Shown one piece after another: positions 44,730-57,389 of a stretch of 64,000 bases of DNA. Every line of letters starts with the position of its first letter. Within the stretch, counting starts at the first letter, position 1. This DNA is from the human T2T-CHM13v2.0 reference genome, Homo sapiens. The notes below the pieces were generated by a model. That model was given only the letters and a program-made list of their open reading frames with translations. It ran no database searches and was not told the origin of the DNA. The stretch lies in the NCBI RefSeq assembly GCF_009914755.1, contig NC_060947.1; one strand, given 5' to 3'. A program made the position numbers and the translations under genes.

Positions 44730-46490
44730 TATAATATAGATATTATATATCTATACATATAATACAGACATTATATATCTATACATATAATACAGACATT
44801 ATATATCTATATATATATTACAGACATTATATATCTATACATATAATACAGACATTATATATCTATACATATAATACAGACATATATCTATACATATAAT
44901 ACAGACATATCTATACATATAATACAGACATTATATATCTATACATATAATACAGACATTATATATCTATACATATAATACAGACATTGTATATCTATAC
45001 ATATAATACAGACATTGTATATCTATACATATAATACAGACATTGTATATCTATACATATAATACAGACATTGTATATCTATACATATAATACAGACATT
45101 GTATATCTATACATATAATACAGACATTGTATATCTATACATATAATACAGACATTGTATATCTATACATATAATACAGACATTGTATATCTATACATAT
45201 AATACAGACATTGTATATCTATACATATAATACAGACATTGTATATCTATACATATAATACAGACATTGTATATCTATACATATAATACAGACATTGTAT
45301 ATCTATACATATAATACAGACATTGTATATCTATACATATAATACAGACATTGTATATCTATACATATAATACAGACATTGTATATCTATACATATAATA
45401 CAGACATTGTATATCTATACATATAATACAGACATTGTATATCTATACATATAATACAGACATTGTATATCTATACATATAATACAGACATTGTATATCT
45501 ATACATATAATACAGACATTGTATATCTATACATATAATACAGACATTGTATATCTATACATATAATACAGACATTGTATATCTATACATATAATACAGA
45601 CATTGTATATCTATACATATAATACAGACATTGTATATCTATACATATAATACAGACATTGTATATCTATACATATAATACAGACATTGTATATCTATAC
45701 ATATAATACAGACATTGTATATCTATACATATAATACAGACATTGTATATCTATACATATAATACAGACATTGTATATCTATACATATAATACAGACATT
45801 GTATATCTATACATATAATACAGACATTGTATATCTATACATATAATACAGACATTGTATATCTATACATATAATACAGACATTGTATATCTATACATAT
45901 AATACAGACATTGTATATCTATACATATAATACAGACATTGTATATCTATACATATAATACAGACATTGTATATCTATACATATAATACAGACATTGTAT
46001 ATCTATACATATAATACAGACATTGTATATCTATACATATAATACAGACATTGTATATCTATACATATAATACAGACATTGTATATCTATACATATAATA
46101 CAGACATTGTATATCTATACATATAATACAGACATTGTATATCTATACATATAATACAGACATTGTATATCTATACATATAATACAGACATTGTATATCT
46201 ATACATATAATACAGACATTGTATATCTATACATATAATACAGACATTGTATATCTATACATATAATACAGACATTGTATATCTATACATATAATACAGA
46301 CATTGTATATCTATACATATAATACAGACATTGTATATCTATACATATAATACAGATATTGTATATCTATACATATAATACAGATATTGTATATCTATAC
46401 ATATAATACAGATATTGTATATCTATACATATAATACAGATATTGTATATCTATACATATAATATAGATATTATATATCTATACATATAT
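44730..46490. repeat. 28-bp AT-rich minisatellite, about 62 copies (ATACAGACATTGTATATCTATACATATA)
   Basis: gacattg recurs at 45011 and 45039; sequence lines repeat every 420 bp (15 x 28). Confidence 0.97.
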
Positions 46491-47664
46491 TTATAAATGT
46501 AGATATAAATATATCTGATATATGTATATACCAACTTAAGAAGTCTCAAGGAGATCTCTTGCTGACTGCTGACATAATTATTTAGATAAATGATTTTTAA
46601 GGGGGTTGGTATCACTCACCCCGGGGGAACATTTTAGTTTGTCAGAGTAATGGGAGTTACTAGGATGAAGTAGGCAGAGGTCAAGAAATACCCCAGCTTG
46701 TCCCAAACATAAAGAAATATCCTACTCCGCTGATAATTTTCAAACATCTTGAGTGGATATTCATGAATGTGAAATGCCTCTTTATAATTATCTGTGAGGA
46801 AAGCCTCATTTCATTTTACATAGAAACACAAAGAATGTTTGTAACGTTCTAAAATAATCTGAATTTTCCAGAAGTGCAACTTACATGTGAATTGAGGAAA
46901 GTTGTGCTTCGGTGTCTTCAGAATGGTTACCCTTGTTATTAATGACATAAGACAGCTTAAATTCTCCTTTAAATTGACCTTGAGAACTTTTTAGAAGTTT
47001 TATTTGGAAGTCAGCCTCAGCTCTATGCTTATCAAAACCATTTAAGTAAGTCATCTTCTTCAATGAAGCATGAAGCTTCAGAAAGAAAACAAGAGAAGAG
47101 GCAAATATAAGAAGGGGCCACCTACCTGGCCAGCCAGATGAGCTAAACTAATTCTGGATGAATCAATACGTTGAGCCAGCCTTAACCCAATTTCATCTGC
47201 CAGAAATACCTTCCCACGATGTCATCTGAATCCACCTAAGCTATTCATGTAGGCAGCAGGCACTCTCTTCGTGTTGTTATGGACTCCTGGAAACCTAATT
47301 AGACAGCAGCATAATAACAACGACAAAAAAAAAACAAATAAATAAATGAAAAAAAAATCGTCCCTCCAACCTTTGCTTTCTCATTGCTACTATCACTATG
47401 GCCTAATAATTTTAGAGTACAGTATCGCTCTCATTCCGTCCTTACCATATCATGTTATGCCTACCTCATTGCTATTTTCATTTGTCATTTAAACAAAAAA
47501 ATGCCCCCTTTAAATTTATCCTCTCATATATCCAATAAAATATCACATTGCATCACTTTTTTGGCTCCTACAAAGTTAAAACTTCTGAATCTGACATTAC
47601 TAAACAAGCCAAACTCAGTGGTTAACAAGACATCCTGTAACAGCTTTATTTAACTCACACTGCC

Positions 47665-50270
47665 TTTTTATTACAGGTTTATTGAAGTATAAGTTACATA
47701 CTAATTTATCTAAAGTATACAATTCAACCCAAAAAGAGACTTTGTACCCATAAGCAATCAATCCCAATTTCCCTTCTTCACCATAGCCCTATTCAATACT
47801 AATTCACTTTCTAATTACAAATTTGCCTATCCTAGACATTTCATATGAATGGAATCATACAATGGTCTTTTGTGACTGAATTCTTATACTTAGTATAATG
47901 TTATTAAGATTCATTCATGTTTTAGCATGTATTGCTGTTTCATTCCTTTTTATAAGCAAAGAGTATTCTACTGTATGGATATACCACACTTCGTTTACCC
48001 CTTCAATTGATGAACATTTGGATTGCTTCCACTTTGGACTCTTATAAATAATGCTGTTGTGGACATTTCTGTACAAGTTTATGTGTGACATATTATTTCT
48101 TTTGGATATATGCTGTATATTATGGAGTCATATAGTGACTCAATGTTTAACCTTTTGAGAAACTGCCAAAGTGTTTTCCAAAGTAGCCGCATCATTTTAC
48201 ATTCTCACAAGTAATATACAAGGTGCAAATTTCTCTGCATCCATGCCAAATTTTGTTATTGTCCATCTTTTTTACTATAGCCATCCTAATAGATGTAAAG
48301 TGGCACCTCATTGTGGTTTTGGTTTGCATTTCCTTAATGACTTAAGATGTTGAGCATCTTTTCATGTGCTTATTAACTATTTGTGTATAATATTTGGAGA
48401 AATATCTATTCAAATCTTTTTCTCATTTTTAAGTGGATTATTTGTCTTTTTAATTGAGTCATAAGAGTTATTTATGTATTCTAGGTACCAGTCCCTTTGT
48501 AGATATGTAGATATGTGATTTACAAATATTTTCTTATTACATAGGTTTTATTTTTGTTTTCTTGATGGTGTCCTTTGAAGCAGAAATATTTTTAATTTCG
48601 ATGTAGTCCAGTTTATTTTTTCTTTTGTCATTTGTTCTTTTGATGTCATATCTGAGAAGCTATTCCCTAACCCAAGCTCACAAATATTTACTTCTGTATT
48701 TTCCTCTAAGAGTTTCATAGTTTTAGCTCTTACATTTAGGACTATGATCCATATTGAATTAATTTTTGTATATGGTATGCATTTGTATTTCAACTGCATT
48801 CCTTTGCATGTGGATATGTCCTGTATCAGTTAGCTTTTGCAGCATAACAAACAAAAACTTGGTGGCTTAAAACAATAGCCATTTTTTTTTCTCACAAGCC
48901 TGTGAGGCTACTGGGCAGTTCTGATCCTGGCTATCTTGCCAGATCTCTGCAATTAGCTGGAGGCTCTTTTGAAACTGAATGTCCTAGGATGGCCTCACAC
49001 ATGTGTCTTGTGGTTGTCAGGCTAGTTCATCTAGTGCGCCTCAGCTGTCCACATGGTGTTTCATCTTCCAATACGCTAACCTAGATTTCTTCACATGGTA
49101 GTCTCAGGTTTCAAGAACAGCAAGAGAAGATGAACTCAAATGAACAAACATCTTTCAAACTTCTGTTTGTGTCCTGTTGGCTAATACCCCATTGGAACCA
49201 CAAGTTGCATGGCCAAGCCCAGAGTCAGTGTGTGCTAGTACTGCTTTGCTACAGTACTGACACCTCAATCCTGGGTATTACACAGTCATACCAAAAGTTC
49301 TAGTGTCTCCAGTGCTTATCTCCACAACTAGAATAGTTATTCTTTAGCATCCAATGCAAAAGAATGTATTAGAGTGCAATTCCTCATATCAGTGCCACCA
49401 CCTGGTAATATCTGTCTATTTCTCAACTGTATCTCTGCAGTTAACTTTTGTGTATGGTGCGAGATAAGGGTCAAACTTCATTGCTTTGCATATTGCTATC
49501 TAGTTATTCCAGCACCATTTGTTTAAAAGACTATCCTTTCTCCCATTAAATCATCTCGGCACACTTGTGGTTAATCAATTGACTATAAATGTAAGAGTAT
49601 ATTCCTGGACTTTTAATTCTATTTCATTGATCTAGATGTTTATCCTTATGCCGGTACTACACAGTTTCTGTTACTGTAGTTTTGTAGTAAGTTTTTAAAT
49701 AAAGAAATATGAGCCTTCCAGATTTGTTCTTTTTCAATAGAGCTGTGGCTATCCAAATACCCTGCACTTCCATATTAATTTTAGGCAACAAATCAACACT
49801 TGTTGATTCCTTCAAAAATTCATTCGAGATTTTATGGAGATTATGTTAAATCTGCTGATCAATTTGCAGAGTATTGCCATCTTAAAAATATTAAGTCTTC
49901 TGATCCATGAGTGTGGGATCTCTATTCACTTTAGTTCCTCTTTAGTTTATTTCAGTGATGTTTCATAGTTTTCAGTTTTCTTTTGTTAAACTTATCCCTC
50001 AGTACTTTATTATTATGTTGCTATTGTAATTGAAATTGTGTTTTTTAATTTCATGTTTGGAAAGTTAATTGCTAGTGTATAGAAATGCAATTGCTTTTGT
50101 ACGTTGCTCTTTTATCTTGCAACTTTGCTGAACCCATTAATTAGTACTAATAGTTTTTTCATGGATTTCTTAGGCGTTCATATATAAGATCATGTCATCT
50201 GCAAATAGAGACAGTTTTATTTCTTCCTTTCAGTGCAAATATGTTTTATGTTTGTTTCTTGCCTAATTGT
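47665..50270 (-). mobile_element. L1MB-like element interrupted by an MLT1 LTR
   Basis: gacatttcatatgaatggaatcatacaat 3' UTR; ORF2 remnant PYTKINSIWI..LNVRAKTMKLLEEN; gatcatgtcatctgcaaatag. Confidence 0.82.
48822..49250 (-). mobile_element. Old MLT1 (H/I/J-like) LTR
   Basis: tgtatcagttagc...gcagcataacaaac...ggtggcttaaaacaatagcc; catggccaagcccagagtcagtgtg. Confidence 0.7.
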
Positions 50271-50639
50271 CCACATGAGTACCTTATAATGTGCACACAA
50301 GATTTTGCTTCCTCACCCTAGATTTTATTCTGTGTAGTTCTAGATTTTTTAGTCATTTCTAGTAATTGACAAACTGTCATTCTTACACTTCAACAGAATT
50401 ATTCCCAAATATTATCATTGCCCTTCAGATGCAATACTTTTATGCTCATAGTGTACCTTTCCTTTCAGACACCCTCTGGTTAAAAGAAGTTTTGGAGAAA
50501 ACAACAAACATAGTATCCCTAAAAAGTGCTAATCATGGTGTGTCATCAGCCTATGTTTGCCTCAGTGTTTCCACTTTGACTAATACAGATTTTGTTAGTA
50601 ATCATGATAGTGGCCACTAACTTCCACATGCTTTATGCA

Positions 50640-50860
50640 GCACAAAAGGCAATTATAGATAATGATTAAGAGAAGTCATTGGATATGTACATTACACTAG
50701 ACAACTCATTCTTTGGATTTCCATTTTCCCATTAGTAAAATGGTGATATAAGGGCTCTGAAAACATTATAATAGAGAATAAGGAATAAAATGCTTGTGAA
50801 GTGCTCAGCATAGAATTTAGCACATAATAAACATATTATGCCTCTTTAATAACAATAATA
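50640..50860. mobile_element. MIR
   Basis: ttttccccattagtaaaatgg...tgtgaagtgctcagcatag...gcacataataa. Confidence 0.6.
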
Positions 50861-50925
50861 ATTCTTATTATTTGTATTATTACTATATTACTTAATCTCC
50901 ACAACCACTTTTCCTGCTGCCAGGT

Positions 50926-51703
50926 TGTATTAGTCAGGGTCTAATAAGGAAAACAAGTATTTCAGAGGAGAGTGCAGAGCAAGATGGCAGAATAGGACTC
51001 TCTAGTGATTGTCCCTGCACAGAAACATCAGTTTGAACAACTATCCATGCATGAAAATACCTTCACAAGAGTTAAAGAAACCAGATACACAGAACCTGGT
51101 TATAACATAATAGTGAGAAAAGGTGCATTGAAGAGGGTTGGAAGGACAACTTTTTAAAAGTATTTCAGTGAGATAATTTAATACAGGGAACTAACTATAG
51201 AGGTTGTCAACAGAGCAAAGTGAGGAAATCCAGAAGATAAACACTACAGGAAGTGCCTAACAATCATACAGGATTTAAAGGGAAAAAAATATTTTAGTTG
51301 ATCTCAGGAGAGGCAATCACCCAGAGATAGCTTGGAAATTTGGAATAGGTGACACCTGAGAGGCTATCCAAGCAAGAACTGGAAACCTGGAGAAGAAGGC
51401 TACCATGGAGGGTAGGGCCTAGGAGAAGCTAGAACCAGACAAAAGAAAATGCCCAGCAGGAGTTTAAGCAACAAAAGACAGGAAGACTCTGCTGGAGATG
51501 CCACCCTAAGCAGAGAAAGAGGGAAAAAAATAATCTGATTTCTCTCCTACTCCTGTCTTCCAATGTCTTGTCAAAGCTACACACTGGCTAAGCCTAACTA
51601 GAAGCTATGTTGCCTAGGACATGTAGTATGCAAGTAACAGATCCCTAAGAAATAGCAAAGAGCCCAGATGGATCTGAGAGCAAACATGCAGACGTCTGGC
51701 ACA
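50926..51703 (-). mobile_element. ERVL-type LTR (LTR33/41-like) carrying an insert at 50966-51157
   Basis: tgtattagtcagggtc...atttaatacagggaa...tggatctgagagcaaac...ggcaca; TG...CA termini. Confidence 0.6.
50966..51157 (+). mobile_element. Isolated old L1 5'-end fragment flanked by a TSD
   Basis: gagcaagatggcagaatagga matches the L1 5' terminus motif; aagtatttcag at 50955-50965 and 51158-51168. Confidence 0.7.
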
Positions 51704-52225
51704 GAGGCTAAGTAAGTTTAAGAATCTTGTCTGAGGTCACTGCAGAGTGAGAATTTGGCTTGTTAGTACTCTCTATCATAATATGCAACCTCTCTAGATT
51801 CTTTAAAAAAAAACAACACTGGAGGATGCTTGGAATAAACCAAAAATACACAATAATTTAATAAGTAATTGACTTGGTAATTGGTTGCACTCTGCTTTCT
51901 TTTTAATGCAGGCTCAGATTGTTTTACTAGTACTAAAATCATACAAATCATACAACTAATCTGATTATTTCTGTCGTTGCTTAAAAGAGCCAATTATAGC
52001 TGCAACAATAGATAAAGAGAGAGGAAGCGGGGAGAGAGAGAGATAACTCAAGTACAGTGAGTTAAGTTAATTATTCTACTCAGTTGATGGTATACTGTCC
52101 CATATAAGGACCCAATTTTGTCCTTATTAATAGACTTAATACTTGACAAATTCCCTTTTTTCTTAATACCCTATTCTCACCTTTCTTCTCTTGCCTGAGG
52201 TAACCATTTAGGTTGAATCTTTATA

Positions 52226-54610
52226 CAGGCATACCTTGGAGAGATTGCGGGTTTAGTTCCAGATGATCACAATACAGCACATTTCACAATAAAGTGAATC
52301 ATATGAATTTTTTGCTTTCCCAGTGCATAAAAGTTATGTTTATACTATACTGTAGTATATTAAGTGTGGAATAGCATTATTATGTCTAAAAATGTACATA
52401 CATTAAATAAGAAATAATTTATTGCTAAAAATGCTAATGATCATCTGAACCTTCAGTGATTCCTAATATTTTTGCTGGTAGAGGGTCTTGCCTTGATGAG
52501 TATGGCTGCTGACTGGTCAGGGTCGTGGTTGTTGAAGTTTGGGTGGCTGTGGCCACCCAATGTCTTAAAATAAAATAATAAGATTTGCCATGTCGGTTGA
52601 CTCTTCTGTTCATGAAGATTTCTCTGTAGCACATGATGCTGTTTGATAACATCTTACTCACAGTAGAACATCTTTTGAATTTAGAGTCAATCCTCTAAAA
52701 CCCAGCTATTGCTTTATCAACTAAGCTTATGGAATATCCTAAAGCCTTTGTTGTCATTTTAACAGTGTTCACAGCATCTTCACCAGGAGTAGATTCCATC
52801 TCAATAAATCACTTTCTTTGCTCATCCATAACAAGCAACTCCTCATCCATTCAAGTTTTATCATGAAATTGCAGCAATTCAGTCACATCTTCAGGCACCA
52901 CTTCTAATCCTCTTGCTATTTCCACCATATCTTCAGTTAATTCTTCCACTGAAGTCTTGAACCCCTCAAAGTCATCTATGAAGTTTGGAGTCATCTTCTT
53001 CCAAACTCCTGTTAATGTTGATGTTTTGAACACCTCCCATGAATCATGAATGTTCTTAATGGCATCTGGAATGGTGAATCATTTCCAGAAGGTTTTCAAT
53101 TTACTTTGCTCAGATCTATCAGAGGAATCACTATGGCAGCTATAGCCTTACGAAATGTATTTCTTAAATAATAAGACTTGAAAGTCACAATGACTCCATC
53201 CATGGGCTGCAGAATGGATGTTGTGTTAGAAGGTATGAAAACAACATTAATCTCTTTCTACATACCTATCAAAGCTCTTAGGTGACCAGGTGCATTGTCA
53301 ATGAGCAGTAATATTTTGAAAGGAGTCTTTTTTTTTTCCTGAGCAGTAGGTCTCAACAGTGAGGTAAAATATTCAGTAAACCATGCTGTAAACAGATGTG
53401 CTGTCACCCATGTTTTATTGTTCCATTTATAGAGCACAGACAGAGTACAATTAGTATAATTCTTAAGGGCCCTAGGATTTTTGGAATGGTGAATGAGGAT
53501 TGACTTCAACTTAAAGCCACCAGCTGCATTAACTCCTAAGAGAGGCAGCCTGTCCTTTGAAGCTTTGAAACTAGGCATTGAGCCCTCTCTAGCTATGAAA
53601 GTCCTAGATGACATCTTCTTCCAACAGACAGCCCCTGTTTTTTAGTGTATCCATCTTTATGAATTACCTTAGCTAGATTTTCTGGATAACTTACTGTAGC
53701 TTCTACATCAGCACTTGCTACTTCGCCTTACACTTTTATGTTATGGAGGTGGCTTCTTGCCTTAACCCACATAAACCAACCTCTGTTATCTTCTAACATT
53801 TCCTCTGCAGCTGCCTCACCTCTCTCAGCCTTCAGAGAATTGAAGAGAGTTAGGGTATTGCTCTCGATTAGGCTTTGGTTTAAGGAATGTTGTGGCTGGT
53901 TTGATCCTCTATCCAGACCACTAAAACATTATCCACATCGGCAATAAGGCTATTTTGCTTTCTTATCACTTGCATGTTCACTGGAGTGGCACTTTTAATT
54001 TCCCTCAATAACTTTTCCATTGCATTCACAACTTGGCTAACCATCTGGCACAAGAGGCCTAATTTTCAACCTATCTTGGCTTTTACTAAGATGCCTTCTT
54101 CACTAAGCTTAATCATTTCTACTTTTCGATTTAAAGTGAGAGACTTGTGACCCTTCCTTGAACATTTAGAGGACATTGTGGGGTTATTAACTGGCCTGGT
54201 TTCAATATTACGTCTTAGGGAATAGGGAGGCCTGAGGGGAGAGAGAGAGAGAGAGATAAGGGAATGGCTGGTCAGTGGAGCAGTCAGAACACACACACAC
54301 AACATCGATTGATTAAGTTCACTGTTTTATACGGGTGCGGTTTGTTGTGCCCCAAAACAATTCCAATAGTTAACATCAAAGATCACTGATCACAGATCAC
54401 CATAACAGATACAATAAGAATGAAAAAGTTTGAAATGTTGTGAGAGTTGCCAAAATGTGACACAAAGACCGAAAGTGAGCACATGCTGTTGAAAAAGTTA
54501 TGCCAATAGACTTGCTCAATGCAGGGTTACCATAAACCGTCAGCTGGTCAAAGAAGTGCAACATCTGAAAAGTAGAATAAAGTGGAGTGCAATAGAATGA
54601 GGTATCCCTG
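52226..54610 (-). mobile_element. Near-full-length Tigger1 (TcMar/pogo), transposase disrupted
   Basis: TA|caggcatacct ... aggtatccctg|TA; minus-strand fragments [16 protein letters not shown] and [13 protein letters not shown]; multiple stops and frameshifts. Confidence 0.95.
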
Positions 54611-54964
54611 TATATGTTCTTGCAAAACATGTGTTCTTTTGTGTGCATATACTTTTATGTTTTAATTTATATTTTTAACAGCTTTGAGTATAATTGATAT
54701 ACAAAGAACTGAACATATTTGATGTATACAGTTTGATGAGTTTGGACATATACATACAGCTGTGATACTGTCATCACAATCAAGGCAAAAGCTATGTTCG
54801 ACACCTGCCAAAGTTTTCTTGCATCCCTTTGTTTTTGTTTTCGTTTTCATTTTTTGGTCGAGGGAGAGTGGATAAGAATACTTAACATGAGATCTAGCCT
54901 TTTAACACACTGTGAAGTGAACAATGCCACATTTTTAACTATAGACATTTTCTGGTAGAACAGA

Positions 54965-55208
54965 TTTTTTAAAATTTTATTTTATTTTATTTTAAGTTCC
55001 AGGATACATGTGCAGGACTTGCAGGTTTGTTACATAAGTAAACGTGTGCCATGGTGGTTTGCTTCATCTGTTGCACCTATCAACCCATCACCTAGGTATT
55101 AACCCCCGCATGCATTAGCTATTTATCCTGATGTTCTCCCTCCCCGCCGGCATCCCCTACAGGCCCCAGTGTGTGTCGTTCCCGTCCCTGTGTCCATGTG
55201 TTCTGATT
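54965..55208 (-). mobile_element. Short L1PA(7/8-like) 3'-end insertion
   Basis: ttttaagttccaggatacatgtgcagga...ccctgtgtccatgtgttct; TSD gtagaaca at 54955-54962 and 55209-55216. Confidence 0.85.
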
Positions 55209-55239
55209 GTAGAACAAAACTTCAGAACTTACTTATCTA

Positions 55240-55556
<317 letters not shown>

Positions 55557-55776
55557 CTATCTAGTATAACTGAAACTTTAAACCCACTGAACATCAGCTC
55601 CCTGTTTACCCCACTCCCAGTTCTCAGCAACCGCTATCGTATTCTCTGCTTCTATGAGTTTGACTATCATAGATACCTCATGTAGGTGGAAACAGGGAGT
55701 ATTTGTATTCTATGACTGGCTTATTTCACTTAGCATGTCTTCCAGTTTAATTCATGTTGTTGAAAATGGCAGGATT

Positions 55777-56120
<344 letters not shown>

Positions 56121-56684
56121 TCACATTTTTTAAAATCCACTCATCTGTCAATGAACATTTAGGTTATTTCCATATTTTAGCTGTTGTAAATAGTACTGCA
56201 ATGATCATATGAATGCAGATATCTCTTTGAGATCTTGATTTCGATTTTTAAAATATATATCCATGAGTGGAATTGCTGTGTAATATGGTAGCTCAATTTT
56301 CAATTTTTTTAGGTACCTCCATAGTGTTTTTCATAGTTGCTGCACCATTTTACATTCCTAATAACAATATACAAGGGTTCCAGTTATCCACACCCTCACC
56401 AAAACTTATCTTCCTTTTGTTATGATACCCTTCCTAACAGATGTGATATTTCACTGGAGCTTTGATTTGCATTTCCCTGATAATTAACAATGCTGAGTGA
56501 CTTTTCACATACCTGTTGGTCATTTGTATGTCTTCTTTGGAGAAATGTGTGTTCAGTACTTCACTTATTTTTAATTGGGTTATTTGGGGATTTATTGTTG
56601 TTGACTTTTAGGAGTTCCTTGAAGATTCTGGAGGTTAACCTCTTATCACACATACGGTTTGCACATATTTTCTTCTATCATATG

Positions 56685-57312
56685 CAATGGTGAAATATTG
56701 AAAGATATTTTTCTACGATAAGGAATAGCCTAATTGTGCTGACCTTAGTCACTTCTATTAAACATAGTACTGGGAATCCTAGTAAGAACAATTAGGCAAG
56801 AGAAAGCAATAAAGGTAATCCAAATTTGAAAAAAGACATAAAATTGTCTGTTTCCACATGACATGATCCACACGTAAAAAACTCTGAAGACGCCACAAAA
56901 AATGTTAGAACTAATAATTTCCTAAAGTTGCAGGATACAAAATTAATATACAATCATTAGTTGCATTTCTATCCACCATTTAAAAATAAAATTGTTTCTT
57001 AAAAATGCCATTTTTAAAATCATCGAAAAGAATAAAATACTTAGGAATAAACTTAACGAAGGTGGTAAAAGACCTGTACAGTGAAAATTACAAAACACTG
57101 ATGAAGTAAATTAAAGGAGACACAAATAAATGGAAAGACATCCCACGTGTATGGATTGGAAGATTTAATATTATAATAACATTTTATGTTCCAATAACTG
57201 AGCTTTTCTTGGAAAAGCTTTCTTTTCTTTTCTGAGCTTTTCTTGCTTTAATAACATACTCAAAACATATGGTTATGTAGATAACCATCCAAAGTTATCT
57301 ATAGATTCAATG
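56685..57312 (+). mobile_element. L1M ORF2 RT-region fragment, inverted relative to its neighbour
   Basis: cacttctattaaacatagtactgg, aaagttgcaggatacaaaattaat, aaatggaaagacatccc, tatagattcaatg. Confidence 0.8.
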
Positions 57313-57389
57313 TGTGTGTATATATATATTTAATGCATGTAAAAATAGCATGTTTTACTTCTCATTTTGCTTATTAATTTTTGACACTA

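Noticed and set aside
44730-46490. CRISPR-like array, since 28 bp is within CRISPR repeat size
   Set aside because: Units are head-to-tail with no unique spacers, there are no cas genes, and the context is primate
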